A stretch of DNA of 64,000 nt from Eledone cirrhosa (taxonomy: Eukaryota), in contig OZ024740.1 in assembly GCA_964016885.1 (NCBI GenBank), positions 266,972,001 through 267,036,000 of the forward strand, written 5' to 3'. The position numbers and the translations under genes are program-made. The notes below the pieces were generated by a model that ran no database searches, had not been told where the DNA came from, and saw nothing but the letters and a program-made list of their open reading frames with translations. Shown piece by piece: positions 33,068 through 45,298 of this stretch. Every line of letters begins with the position of its first letter. The stretch's first letter is position 1.

Positions 33068-34334
33068 AAGGATCAATTTCCCCCTCGTCCCTCTGCATAT
33101 GAAAGTCTGCTGTCCAGGTCGTTTGTCTACGACTCCGTTGCGATCTTCGTAGCATTGGGGCAGGGCTCTGGGTTTCCACCTCATCTTGGGTTTCCTCTTC
33201 CTCGGAGTCCGTCGACACAGTGATTCTTCTTACATCTAGGACATGACGTGGTACCCCGTCCACGGACACATTGTTCTTTGAATTTACGGCCGTCACCGTT
33301 CCCCTTCCCCATTGAGATGTGCAACGTGCATCTGGCGGCTTAACCCAGACTTCTTCGCCCACCTGCACGAATGCACTCTCTCTCCCCACTGGCCGTTGTG
33401 GTGGCGAGCACGGGTGCCGCCACTCGTATTTGAATACTGCTCTGTCTGGCACCGATTCCTTGACCTGTCCAACCCGAGGGGACATATTGTACCAGAACAC
33501 TGCCTCCATTGGTGAGATATGGCCCCGCTCCGCCATTGCCTTGATCGTCCGGTGGTGTCGCTCCACGATTCCATTCCCGCTCGGCCTGTGCGCTGCTCTG
33601 AAGAAACGGTCCACCTTCCATCCATCGAGCATCTCCCTCAGTGCCTCCGAGCGGAACGCTGCGCTGTTGTCCATCAGCAATTCGTCCACAGGGCCCCGCT
33701 CCAAGAACACCTCTCTCAACGTCCGCACGATTTCCTCGGCCGTTCCAGTCTTCATCTCCCTCCATATCGCCATTCGACCTGGTCCACAGTCGACCATCGA
33801 GAGGTACGTTCCCTGCCGGTAGTGCGTCACATCCACCGCTAATCGCTTCCAGTCGCGATCCACCGGGAGGCTTCCCGTTTCGTGTACACCCGGGGCGGGA
33901 TCAATGGACTGACATCGGACGCAGCCTCTAACCACCACCCGAACACTGTGTCTGCTAACGTCCGAGTCGATTCTCCTGGCTAGGAACAGGCTCCTATCCA
34001 CCCCCATGTGGTGCATGTCATGCAACCCCTTCAGGTCTAACTCGGTCAGCCGACACACGGCAGCTATCTCATCCTCTACCTCCTCCGGCGCTTCCATCCA
34101 GGCTTTCTTCACTCTAGTTAAGATGTCCGCCCTATTTTTCTCTGGGGGCACGAACACTACGCTCAGCTTCAGGTCGAACTCGGTGGCCAGCTCTCCTAAC
34201 GTTCCCATGCGGCGCTTTATCAGCATCTCCGCCGCGCCTCTCGTTCGCACTCTCTTCTCACTGGTGAGCACTGATCTTACCCATCCGAGTACAGTAGCCG
34301 AGTCGGTGCGTATCTCGATGGTGCGCAGCCCCAC
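33066..34334 (-). CDS. pol: pol: RNase H C-terminus plus DDE integrase (422-aa open frame, cut off from RT by a frameshift)
   Basis: HHCC (LHDMHHMG...CVRC), LAVDVTHY, LLMDNSAAF, NGIVERHHRTIK, VGEEVWVK, LRRSQR. Confidence 0.9.
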   Translation of the reverse strand: MGLRTIEIRTDSATVLGWVRSVLTSEKRVRTRGAAEMLIKRRMGTLGELATEFDLKLSVVFVPPEKNRADILTRVKKAWMEAPEEVEDEIAAVCRLTELDLKGLHDMHHMGVDRSLFLARRIDSDVSRHSVRVVVRGCVRCQSIDPAPGVHETGSLPVDRDWKRLAVDVTHYRQGTYLSMVDCGPGRMAIWREMKTGTAEEIVRTLREVFLERGPVDELLMDNSAAFRSEALREMLDGWKVDRFFRAAHRPSGNGIVERHHRTIKAMAERGHISPMEAVFWYNMSPRVGQVKESVPDRAVFKYEWRHPCSPPQRPVGRESAFVQVGEEVWVKPPDARCTSQWGRGTVTAVNSKNNVSVDGVPRHVLDVRRITVSTDSEEEETQDEVETQSPAPMLRRSQRSRRQTTWTADFHMQRDEGEIDP

Positions 34335-35401
34335 CGCAGGGCGAGGTTCACCCTTCTCAACACCGCGTCCAGCTCGGCCACATTGATGTGGCTGCAGTCG
34401 TCCTTCTTTCTAAGCCAGGCTGCATCCTCGACCTCAACACCTCCTATCTCCAACGTGACACCCAGCGCTATGCTGCTGGCATCGCACCATACGGTCCCGC
34501 TCTGTGATTTGGGAACGTACCAGCGCCCCCGCACTGGGTCGTCGGCCTTCTCCCTCCCCACGATCTCCTGCATCAGGGCCACCGTCCTCTCTCCCACTCT
34601 GTCACTCCAAGTCACCCCTCCCGCTCGTCTCTTGACATAGCTGCATGCCGTCCGGAGCCACCCAGCGATCGGGTAGTGACCCACCAGCTTTCCACACACC
34701 GAGAAAAGCTCCCGCCTATTCATACTTGGGCCCAGTTCCGGAACTTCGTTTCCCCTCTGGAACACCAAAACGCCCGTCTTGTCTCGCCGTAGCCTAAGTC
34801 CCAGCGCGGCTCCTCCCTCCAATGCTTCTGATGGCTTCGCAGTCAGTCCGTACCTCCGCAAATGGCTCGTGACCTCCGCCGTCGACACCACCGACTCGTC
34901 CACTAGGATGTCGTCAATATAGGAGTTAGTAGCCCACTTTATCTTGTCGGCCCTCCCCAGAGCGGTCTTGAGGACCGCCGCCATGATCTTCGGTGCGGAG
35001 CTCAGCCCGAAACCGAGCCTGGTCAGGCAATATGTCCGGCCCTTATACCTGACCAGCTGATACCGCCAGAGCTTCTCATCTATATGCAACTGCAAGTAAG
35101 CCGACTTTAGATCCACGATCGCTGAACCCCCCGTCATGCGTCTCCACTCACGCAGGATTTCCCCACAGACATCCGTGACCTCGCCGCCCGTGTGGCATGA
35201 CACGTGCTCGTTCAGCTCCCGATAGTCCAGCACCGGCCTCACCTTGCTCTTCGTGGGTTGCACCACCGCCATCAACGGCAATACTCCGCACTTCACCTCC
35301 TCCTTCCAGGGAAGCAGTATGCCCTCTTCGATCCATCTCTCTACTTCTCGCTCGAACTCGCTCCTAGCGTTTCCCTTCAATGTGTGTTGATAGCAGCCCA
35401 C
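34277..35401 (-). pseudogene. pol: pol: reverse transcriptase plus RNase H N-terminal part
   Basis: Same protein as 221-1345; YIDD. Confidence 0.92.
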
Positions 35402-35534
35402 TTTGGTCTTCAGTGTTCGTGGTTCTCCCTTCCAGTACCACTCAACAACCCATCGCTGCCCATCAAATACGGTCTTGAAGTCTTTGTCTTATACAGTGTA
35501 AGCGGGATATTCCTCCTCGTGGGCCTTCTGGTTC

Positions 35535-35932
35535 TCATGACGTACTCACAGCGCATACCGATGCAGCGGCGCCAAACGACACACCGACATTGTTCACCGT
35601 GACGCCCCCTAGACGGCCAATCGCGTCCATGCCCATAACCACGCCGATCCCATCCACCACATTGTCTACCACGATGGCGGAAAGCCTTATCCTCCTTCCC
35701 TGTACCGCTATTTCCATCTCGCTGCGATCTCGGCATTCAATTTTCCTGCCGTCGACTGCCCTTACGCTGCTCTTCCCTCCCCACCTCTGCGCCACCCCCG
35801 CGGTCACCAGTGTCGTCGTACAGCCCGTATCCACGAGGGCTCGCTGTGGCTTCCCCCTCGCGAAGACTTCCACCACGGGCAGCGCCGCTACTCGTAAGGG
35901 GAAACTACCGGCGCAGTAGTTCCCCTTGGATC
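35535..35932 (-). pseudogene. pol: pol: aspartic protease
   Basis: ALVDTGC motif; premature TGA at 35535. Confidence 0.9.
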
Positions 35933-35939
35933 GTTTCCC
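35882..35939 (-). promoter_or_regulatory. -1 ribosomal frameshift signal (copy 2)
   Basis: Same as 1826-1883. Confidence 0.85.
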
Positions 35940-36641
35940 TGGTCGCAGTTAGTAGCGATGTGGCCTGGTCGCTTACACCGGTAGCAAATTATCTCCGGCT
36001 TCGACTCTCTACAGTCTCTAGCCATGTGCGGGCCCTGGCACCGAAAACAGCGCCCCCTAAACGCACGCGGACGGCTGCGTGCCGAGGTTACCTCCCTTTC
36101 AGCATTTCGCTGCCAGGTGTCCTGAGCCTACGTAGTTGCTATCGCCGCAACATTCTTTTTGGCATCTTCCGCTATGATCCGGGCTTATTCCACCAGTGAA
36201 CGCATTTCCATCTCTTTATAACCCGGGACTTGCTGCAGTTTCACCGCTATGTCGTCCGGAAATCCATTGATGAACGCCAACCGCACCGTGCGTTCGCATT
36301 CCGCCTGGTAACCGGCTAACATAGCCAACCGCCGTATTTCCGCTGCGAAAATGTCGACGCGCTCACCATTCCACCTGATTCTCGCCAGCTTAGCAAAAGC
36401 CGCCAACGGTCCCTCGGCGAATGCATCCATCAGACGCCTCTCAATCTTCTGCACATCTCTTTGGCTGCAACTCAAGGAAGAGTACCAGCGCGTCACCCTC
36501 GAGGTACAATGCCATGAGGCCGGCCACGTCCTCTATCTTCTGCAAGCTTGCGACCAGCCGAACCTTCCGTAGCCAAGCGACAACGTCACCTTCCCCGGTG
36601 AATGCCCTGATAGCTTCGTTCATCCGTAGTCTTGTCGCCAT
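35888..36641 (-). pseudogene. gag: gag (disrupted), copy 2
   Basis: Same as 1832-2585. Confidence 0.88.
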
Positions 36642-36706
36642 CTTCTGATTTGTCTTAAGGCAAGTGTTTTGGTTTTTTTTGAGATAGCTTTTTCTTTTTT
36701 TCAGTC

Positions 36707-36718
36707 GCCGAAATAGCT
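36707..36718 (-). promoter_or_regulatory. Atypical PBS complementary to tRNA-Phe nt 1-12 (copy 2)
   Basis: GCCGAAATAGCT on the plus strand directly abutting the LTR at 36719. Confidence 0.72.
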
Positions 36719-36974
36719 TGTGGTTAGAAAAAACTATCTCACTTACAGCTTTTCAAAGGCGCCGCTAAATTCCACTGCAGGTTACTCCTCTTCCACGTGC
36801 GTCCAACTGCTTAACACCGGGAGCTGCCCAAAACTCGCATCCACTGCGTGTGCTGGTCACATCTAGAGAGTGGCCCTCTGCTGGCCCTTCCGGTCGAGCA
36901 TCCTTCCGGCCAAAAGAGCCTTCCGGTCGAGCGCTCCCCCGCCTCCGGCCACCGCACGCCACAGCATACCCACA
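36719..36974 (-). repeat. 5' LTR, copy 2 (256 bp)
   Basis: TGTGG...CCACA, followed by TSD GTCTC. Confidence 0.93.
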
Positions 36975-37299
36975 GTCTCTACTGCAGAGGGCACGACCGC
37001 AAACCTGTCGTAGAGCAATCGGTACTTACCTTGTCAAACACGTTGACGTTTCTCCCAATTTAGGGAAAGTTGTACAAATTTAGAAGCTGTTGATTAACAA
37101 TGTAAATATAACGTTTAGCATCTAATATTTAGCATCTACGTCAAGTACTTTTGTCAAACCCAGGTCAGCACAATTCCAACATTGGTAAAATATACAGTAC
37201 TGGATATAGTAATCGACGAGTAGTTAGTCAGAAGAAATATCTGAGATTCTATCAAACACAACACAATATGAAATAGAAGGAAAAAAATGAAGCATATAA

Positions 37300-37372
37300 A
37301 GGTTCCAGCGAGTTTCGAACTCACGACCTTCTGCGTGTGAAGCAGATGTGATAACCACTACACCATAGAACC
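37300..37372 (-). tRNA. tRNA-Val(CAC)
   Basis: Copy of 3244. Confidence 0.7.
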
Positions 37373-38850
37373 AGATGATTGCTTCGATCAAATATTTTCT
37401 TATCAAATACATTTACATTTGTTTTAATTTAGTGAAATTGAAACAAATATAAATGTGCTTGATGAGGCAATATTTGTTCAGCAATAAACGTGCTGTTTCA
37501 TGGTGTAGTGGTTATCACATATGCTTAACACGCAGAAGGTAGTGAGTTCGAAACTCGCTGGAACCTTAATTTCGCTGTATAATTTTTTTTTCCTCAGTTG
37601 TGTTTTATTCGTCAGCATCTCACAAATTTCCTCTATCTATCTCTTCCATTATTTCTATATCCAGTGTTGTTTACTTTTCCAATGATGGAAAATTTTAGCA
37701 CTTCTTCCTTTTTATCTAATACTTTAAAAACAAAAGGAAGCATCTTTAGATGTAAATGAAATATTATTGATTTTTTAATAAAAATTTAATATTAAGTGTG
37801 ATTATACCGAATATTGAACTCCCGACAATTTGACTAAGGTTCCAGTGAGTCTCAAACTCATGACCTTCTGTGCGCTAAGAAGGTGTGACAGCTACTACAC
37901 TATGGGAGCAATTACGGTCCAGTTTATCGAATAATTTTCTTTTATAGATATCTTGTGAATTTGAATTTTTTTTATCTTGACTAATATTTATATGTATAGT
38001 CTAGACTTATAAAAGCTGGTAACCAAAGGGTTACATCCTAACAAATATTGCCTCGCGATATATCAACGACTATCAATACGTTAGGGAATTTCTTCAATTT
38101 TTTTTAACGACAAAGTATGAATTTGAAATTTGATTGTTATTTCTAGCAGTTCCAAAAACAGCGTGGAACCTCTTTGGCTGGCTAATCTTTTTATATTTGG
38201 AAGTGTATAAATACGGAAACTCTATAGATAATGAACACAACCACAAGTATATAGTCCCAACGTGGAAGAGCTGAACTCTCACTGTCATCGCCTCCATCAC
38301 TCTCGCCCTCCCCATCTTTCTGTATGGTGTAAAAATGGGGTCCCACGTGTTGGTCTCCCCACAGCCCTGGCGGACAGAATGGAGAAGGCGTTTTCCCGGA
38401 GGTTAGTAAGGAAGATGCACTGGTAGAGCCATTCTAACTCCGAGGCCCAAACCTGCATCTAGCCAGCTCATCGCCAATTGTGGTGCGTAGGGAATTAGCC
38501 CTAGGGCCAAGAACACCAGAAGTCTCTACTGCCGAGGGCACGACCGCAAACCTGTCGTAGAGGGATCGGTTCTTGCCCTGTCAAACACGTTTACGTTTCT
38601 CCCAATTTAGTGAAAGTTGTATAAATTTAGAAGCTGTTGATTAACAATGTAAATACAACGTTATGAATGGTTACTAATATATAGCATCTACGTCAAGTAC
38701 TTTTGTCAAACCCAGGTCAGCACAATTCCAACGTTGGTAAAATATACAGTACTGGATATAGTAATCGACGGGAAGTTAGTCAGAAGAAATATCTGAGATT
38801 CTATCAAACACAACACAATATGAAATAGAAGTAAAAAAAGAAGCATATAA

Positions 38851-38923
38851 AGGTTCCAGCGAGTTTCGAACTCACGACCTTCTGCGTGTAAAGCAGATGT
38901 GATAACCACTACACAATGGAACC
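38851..38923 (-). tRNA. tRNA-Val(TAC)
   Basis: Copy of 4795. Confidence 0.7.
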
Positions 38924-39044
38924 AGATGATTGCTTCGATCAAATATTGTCTTATCAAACACATTTACATTTGTTTTAATTTAGTGAAATTGAAACAAATA
39001 TAAATGTGGTTGATGAGGCAATATTTGGTCGACAATTAATGTAT

Positions 39045-39117
39045 GGTTCCATGGTGTAGTGGTTATCACATCTGCTTAACACGCAGAAGGTCGTGAGTTC
39101 GAAACTCGCTGGAACCT
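39045..39117 (+). tRNA. tRNA-Val(AAC)
   Basis: Consensus copy. Confidence 0.8.
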
Positions 39118-40402
39118 TAGTTTCGCTCTATTATTTTTCTTTTCTCAGTTGTGTTTTATTTGTCAACATCTCACATATTTCCTCTATCTATCTCTTCCAT
39201 TATTTCTATATCCAGTGTTGTTTACTTTTCCAATGGTGGAAAATGTTAGCACTTCTTCCTTTTTATCTAATAATTTAAAAACAAAAGGAAGCATCTTTAG
39301 ATGTAAATGAAATATTATTGATTTTTTAATTAAAATTTAATATTAAGTGTGATTATACCGAATATTGAACTCCCGACAATTTGACTAAATTTTCCAGTGA
39401 GTCTCAAACTCATGACCTTCTGTGTGCTAAGCAGACGTGATAGCCACTACACTATGGGAGCAATTACGGTCAAGTTTATCGAAAAATTTTCTTTTATAGA
39501 TATCTTGTGATTTTGAAATTCTTATCTTGACTAATATTTATATGTATAGTCTAGACTTAGAAAAGCTAGGAACCAAAGGGTTGCATCCTAACAAATATTT
39601 TGTCGCGATATATCAACGACTATCTATACTTTAGCGAATTTCTTCAATTTTTTTTTAACGACAAAATATGATTTTCAAATTTGATTGTTATTTCTAGCAG
39701 TTAAAAAAACAGCGTAGAACCTCTTTGGCCGGCTAATCTTTTTTTATTTGGAAGAGGTTAAATACGGAAACTCTATAGATAATGAACACAACCACAAGTA
39801 TATAGTCCCAACGTGGAAGAGCTGAACTCTCACTGTCATCGCCTCCATCACTCTCGCCCTCCCCATCTTTCTGTATGGTGTAAAAATGGGGTCCCACGTG
39901 TTGGTCTCCCCACAGCCCCGGCGGACAGAATGGAGAAGGCGTTTTCCCGGAGGTTAGTAAGGAAGATGCACTGGTAGAGCCATTCTAACTCCGAGGCCCA
40001 AACCTGCATCTAGCCAGCTCATCGCCAATTGTGGTGCGTAGGGAATTAGCCCTAGGGCCAAGAACACCAGAAGTCTCTACTGCCGAGGGCACGACCGCAA
40101 ACCTGTCGTAGAGGGATCGGTTCTTGCCCTGTCAAACACGTTTACGTTTCTCCCAATTTAGTGAAAGTTGTATAAATTTAGAAGCTGTTGATAAACAATG
40201 TAAATACAACGTTATGAATGGTTACTAATATTTAGCATCTACGTCAAGTACTTTTGTCAAACCCAGGTCAGCACAATTCCAACATTGGTAAAATATACAG
40301 TACTGGATATAGTAATCGACAGGAAGTTAGTCAGACGAAATATCTGAGATTCTATCAAACACAACACAATATGAAATAGAAGGAAAAAAATGATGCATAT
40401 AA

Positions 40403-40475
40403 AGGTTCCAGCGACTTTCGAACTCACGACCTTCTGCGTGTAAAGCAGATGTGATAACCACTACACCATGGAACC
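40403..40475 (-). tRNA. tRNA-Val(TAC), C61G lesion
   Basis: Copy of 6347. Confidence 0.5.
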
Positions 40476-40596
40476 AGATGATTGCTTCGATCAAATATTG
40501 TCTTATCAAACACATTTACATTTGTTTTAATTTAGTGAAATTGAAACAAATATAAATGTGGTTGATGAGGCAATATTTGGTCGACAATTAATGTAT

Positions 40597-40669
40597 GGTT
40601 CCATGGTGTAGTGGTTATCACATCTGCTTAACACGCAGAAGGTCGTGAGTTCGAAACTCGCTGGAACCT
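40597..40669 (+). tRNA. tRNA-Val(AAC)
   Basis: Consensus copy. Confidence 0.8.
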
Positions 40670-41953
40670 TAGTTTCGCTCTATTATTTTTCTTTTCTCAG
40701 TTGTGTTTTATTTGTCAACATCTCACATATTTCCTCTATCTATCTCTTCCATTATTTCTATATCCAGTGTTGTTTACTTTTCCAATGGTGGAAAATGTTA
40801 GCACTTCTTCCTTTTTATCTAATAATTTAAAAACAAAAGGAAGCATCTTTAGATGTAAATGAAATATTATTGATTTTTTAATTAAAATTTAATATTAAGT
40901 GTGATTATACCGAATATTGAACTCCCGACAATTTGACTAAATTTTCCAGTGAGTCTCAAACTCATGACCTTCTGTGTGCTAAGCAGACGTGATAGCCACT
41001 ACACTATGGGAGCAATTACGGTCAAGTTTATCGAATAATTTTCTTTTAAAAATATCTTGTGATTTTGAAATTCTTATCTTGACTAATATTTATATGTATA
41101 GTCTAGACTTAGAAAAGCTAGGAACCAAAGGGTTGCATCCTAACAAATATTTTGTCGCGATATATCAACGACTATCTATACTTTAGCGAATTTCTTCAAT
41201 TTTTTTTTAACGACAAAATATGATTTTCAAATTTGATTGTTATTTCTAGCAGTTAAAAAAACAGCGTAGAACCTCTTTGGCCGGCTAATCTTTTTTTATT
41301 TGGAAGAGGTTAAATACGGAAACTCTATAGATAATGAACACAACCACAAGTATAGGGTCCGAACGTGGAAGAGCTGAACTCTCACTGTCATCGCCTCCAT
41401 CACTCTCCTCCTCCCCATCTTTCTGTATGTTGAACAAATGTGGTCCCACGTGTTGGTCTACCACAGCCCCGGCGGACAGAATGGAGAAGGCGTTTTCCCG
41501 GAGGTTAGTAAGGAATATGCACTGGAAGAGCCATTCTAACTCCGAGGCCCAAACCTGCGTCTAGCCAGCTCAGCGCCAATTATGGTTCGTAGGGAAGTAC
41601 TCCTAGAGCCAAGTACACCAGAAGTCTTTACTGCCGAGGGCACGATAGCAAACCTGTCGTAGGGCGATCGGTTCTTGCCCTGTCAAACACGTTTACGTTT
41701 CTCCCAATTTAGTGAAAGTTGTATAAATTTAGAAGCTGTTGATAAACAATGTAAATACAACGTTATGAATGGTTACTAATATTTAGCATCTACGTCAAGT
41801 ACTTTTGTCAAACCCAGGTCAGCACAATTCCAACATTGGTAAAATATACAGTACTGGATATAGTAATCGACAGGAAGTTAGTCAGACGAAATATCTGAGA
41901 TTCTATCAAACACAACACAATATGAAATAGAAGGAAAAAAATGAAGCATATAA

Positions 41954-42026
41954 AGGTTCCAGCGAGTTTCGAACTCACGACCTTCTGCGTGTAAAGCAGA
42001 TGTGATAACCACTACACCATAGAACC
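41954..42026 (-). tRNA. tRNA-Val(TAC)
   Basis: Copy of 7898. Confidence 0.7.
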
Positions 42027-43492
42027 AGATGATTGCTTCGATCAAATATTTTCTTATCAAATACATTTACATTTGTTTTAATTTAGTGAAATTGAAACAA
42101 ATATAATTGTGCTTGATGAGGCAATATTTGTTCAGCAATAAACGTGCGGTTTCATGGTGTAGTGGTTATCACATATGCTTAACGCGCAGAAGGTAGTGAG
42201 TTCGAAACTCGCTGGAACCTTAATTTCGCTGTATAATTTTTTTTTCCTCAGTTGTGTTTTATTCGTCAGCATCTCACAAATTTCCTCTATCTATCTCTTC
42301 CATTATTTCTATATCCAGTGTTGTTTACTTTTCCAATGATGGAAAATTTTAGCACTTCTTCCTTTTTATCTAATACTTTAAAAACAAAAGGAAGCATCTT
42401 TAGATGTAAATGAAATATTATTGATTTTTTAATAAAAATTTAATATTAAGTGTGATTATACCGAATATTGAACTCCCGACAATTTGACTAAGGTTCCAGT
42501 GAGTCTCAAACTCATGACCTTCTGTGCGCTAAGAAGGTGTGACAGCTACTACACTATGGGAGCAATTACGGTCCAGTTTATCGAATAATTTTCTTTTATA
42601 GATATCTTGTGAATTTGAATTTTTTTTATCTTGACTAATATTTATATGTATAGTCTAGACTTATAAAAGCTGGTAACCAAAGGGTTGCATCCTAACAAAT
42701 GTTGCCTCGCGATATATCAACGACTATCAATACGTTAGGGAATTTCTTCAATTTTTTTTAACGACAAAGTATGAATTTGAAATTTGATTGTTATTTCTAG
42801 CAGTTCCAAAAACAGCGTAGAACCTCTTTGGCTGGCTAATCTTTTTATATTTGGAAGTGTTTAAATACGGAAACGCTATAGATAATGAACACAACCACAA
42901 GTATATAGTCCCAACGTGGAAGAGCTGAACTCTCACTGTCATCGCCTCCATCACTCTCGCCCTCCCCATCTTTCTGTATGGTGTAAAAATGGGGTCCCAC
43001 GTGTTGGTCTCCCCACAGCCCCGGCGGACAGAATGGAGAAGGCGTTTTCCCGGAGGTTAGTAAGGAAGATGCACTGGTAGAGCCATTCTAACTCCGAGGC
43101 CCAAACCTGCATCTAGCCAGCTCATCGCCAATTGTGGTGCGTAGGGAATTAGCCCTAGGGCCAAGAACACCAGAAGTCTCTACTGCCGAGGGCACGACCG
43201 CAAACCTGTCGTAGAGGGATCGGTTCTTGCCCTGTCAAACACGTTTACGTTTCTCCCAATTTAGTGAAAGTTGTATAAATTTAGAAGCTGTTGATTAACA
43301 ATGTAAATACAACGTTATTAATGGTTACTAATATTTAGCATCTACGTCAAGTACTTTTGTCAAACCCAGGTCAGCACAATTCCAACATTGGTAAAATATA
43401 CAGTACTGGATATAGTAATCGACGGGAAGTTAGTCAGAAGAAATATCTGAGATTCTATCAAACACAACACAATATGAAATAGAAGCATATAA

Positions 43493-43565
43493 AGGTTCCA
43501 GCGACTTTCGAACTCACGACCTTCTGCGTGTAAAGCAGATGTGATAACCACTACACCATGGAACC
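43493..43565 (-). tRNA. tRNA-Val(TAC), C61G lesion
   Basis: Copy of 9437. Confidence 0.5.
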
Positions 43566-43686
43566 AGATGATTGCTTCGATCAAATATTGTCTTATCAAA
43601 CACATTTACATTTGTTTTAATTTAGTGAAATTGAAACAAATATAAATGTGGTTGATGAGGCAATATTTGGTCGACAATTAATGTAT

Positions 43687-43759
43687 GGTTCCATGGTGTA
43701 GTGGTTATCACATCTGCTTAACACGCAGAAGGTAGTGAGTTCGAAACTCGCTGGAACCT
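43687..43759 (+). tRNA. tRNA-Val(AAC)
   Basis: Copy of 9631. Confidence 0.68.
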
Positions 43760-45225
43760 TAATTTCGCTGTATAATTTTTTTTTCCTCAGTTGTGTTTTA
43801 TTCGTCAGCATCTCACAAATTTCCTCTATCTATCTCTTCCATTATTTCTATATCCAGTGTTGTTTACTTTTCCAATGGTGGAAAATGTTAGCACTTCTTC
43901 CTTTTTATCTAATAATTTAAAAACAAAAGGAAGCATCTTTAGATGTAAATGAAATATTATTGATTTTTTAATTAAAATTTAATATTAAGTGTGATTATAC
44001 CGAATATTGAACTCCCGACAATTTGACTAAATTTTCCAGTGAGTCTCAAACTCATGACCTTCTGTGTGCTAAGCAGACGTGATAGCCACTACACTATGGG
44101 AGCAATTACGGTCAAGTTTATCGAATAATTTTCTTTTATAGATATCTTGTGATTTTGAAATTCTTATCTTGACTAATATTTATATGTATAGTCTAGACTT
44201 AGAAAAGCTAGTAACCAAAGGGTTGCATCCTAACAAATATTTTGTCGCGATATATCAACGACTATCTATACTTTAGCGAATTTCTTCAATTTTTTTTTAA
44301 CGACAAAATATGATTTTCAAATTTGATTGTTATTTCTAGCAGTTAAAAAAACAGCGTAGAACCTCTTTGGCTGGCTAATCTTTTTTTATTTGGAAGAGGT
44401 TAAATACGGAAACTCTATAGATAATGAACACAACCACAAGTATAGGGTCCGAACGTGGAAGAGCTGAACTCTCACTGTCATCGCCTCCATCACTCTCCTC
44501 CTCCCCATCTTTCTGTATGTTGAACAAATGTGGTCCCACGTATTGGTCTCCCCACAGCCCCGGCGGACAGAATGGAGAAGGCCTTTTCCCGGAGGTTAGT
44601 AAGGAAGATGCACTGGTAGAGCCATTCTAACTCCGACGCCCAAACCTGCATCCAACCAGCTCAGTGCCAATTGTGGTGCGTAGGGAAGTAGCACTAGGGC
44701 CAAGTACACCAGAAGTCTCTACTGCCGAGGGCACGACCGCAAACCTGTCGTAGAGGGATCGGTTCTTGCCCTGTCAAACACGTTTACGTTTCTCCCAATT
44801 TAGTGAAAGTTGTATAAATTTAGAAGCTGTTGATTAACAATGTAAATACAACGTTATGAATGGTTACTAATATTTAGCATCTACGTCAAGTACTTTTGTC
44901 AAACCCAGGTCAGCACAATTCCAATATTGGTAAAATATTCAGTACTGGATATAGTAATCGACGGGAAGTTAGTCAGAAGAAATATCTGAGATTCTATCAA
45001 ACACAACACAATATGAAATAGAAGCATATAAAGATTCCAGCGAGTTTCGAACTCACGACATTCTGCGTGTAAAGCAGATGTGATAACCATTGCACCATGG
45101 AACCAGATGATTGTTTCGATCAAATATTGTCTTATCAAACACATTTTCATTGGTTTTAATTTAGTGAAATTGAAACAAATATAAATGTGCTTGATGAGGC
45201 AATATTTAGTCGACAATAAACAAGC

Positions 45226-45298
45226 GGTTCCATGGTGTAGTGGTTATCACATCTGCTTCACACGCAGAAGGTCGTGAGTTCGAAACTCGCTGGAACCT
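45226..45298 (+). tRNA. tRNA-Val(CAC)
   Basis: Consensus copy of 11170. Confidence 0.8.

Larger units (their letters stand above)
32750..36974 (-). mobile_element. Full-length (4,225 bp) Gypsy/Ty3-type LTR retrotransposon, copy 2, decayed; 5-bp TSD GTCTC (32745-32749 and 36975-36979)
   Basis: Two LTRs with TG...CA ends, order gag-PR-RT-RH-IN, PPT, TSD; empty site GAAGTCTCTACTG present in other array units. Confidence 0.96.

Noticed and set aside
36707-36718. PBS matching the array's tRNA-Val, or Tf1-style self-priming from the R region
   Set aside because: No complementarity to the tRNA-Val 3' end. The only LTR complement is a 9-nt partial match at the very end of U5, too close to be a transcript start, while the tRNA-Phe 5' match is 12/12.
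32745-36979. Ty3-like tRNA-targeted integration of the LTR element
   Set aside because: A single insertion event about 325-375 bp from the 3' ends of the nearest tRNAs, not at a Pol III start; the second copy comes from segmental duplication.
32703-37083. Plus-strand and overlapping ORFs across the retrotransposon and LTRs
   Set aside because: Antisense shadows of GC-rich pol/gag sequence with no recognisable motifs.
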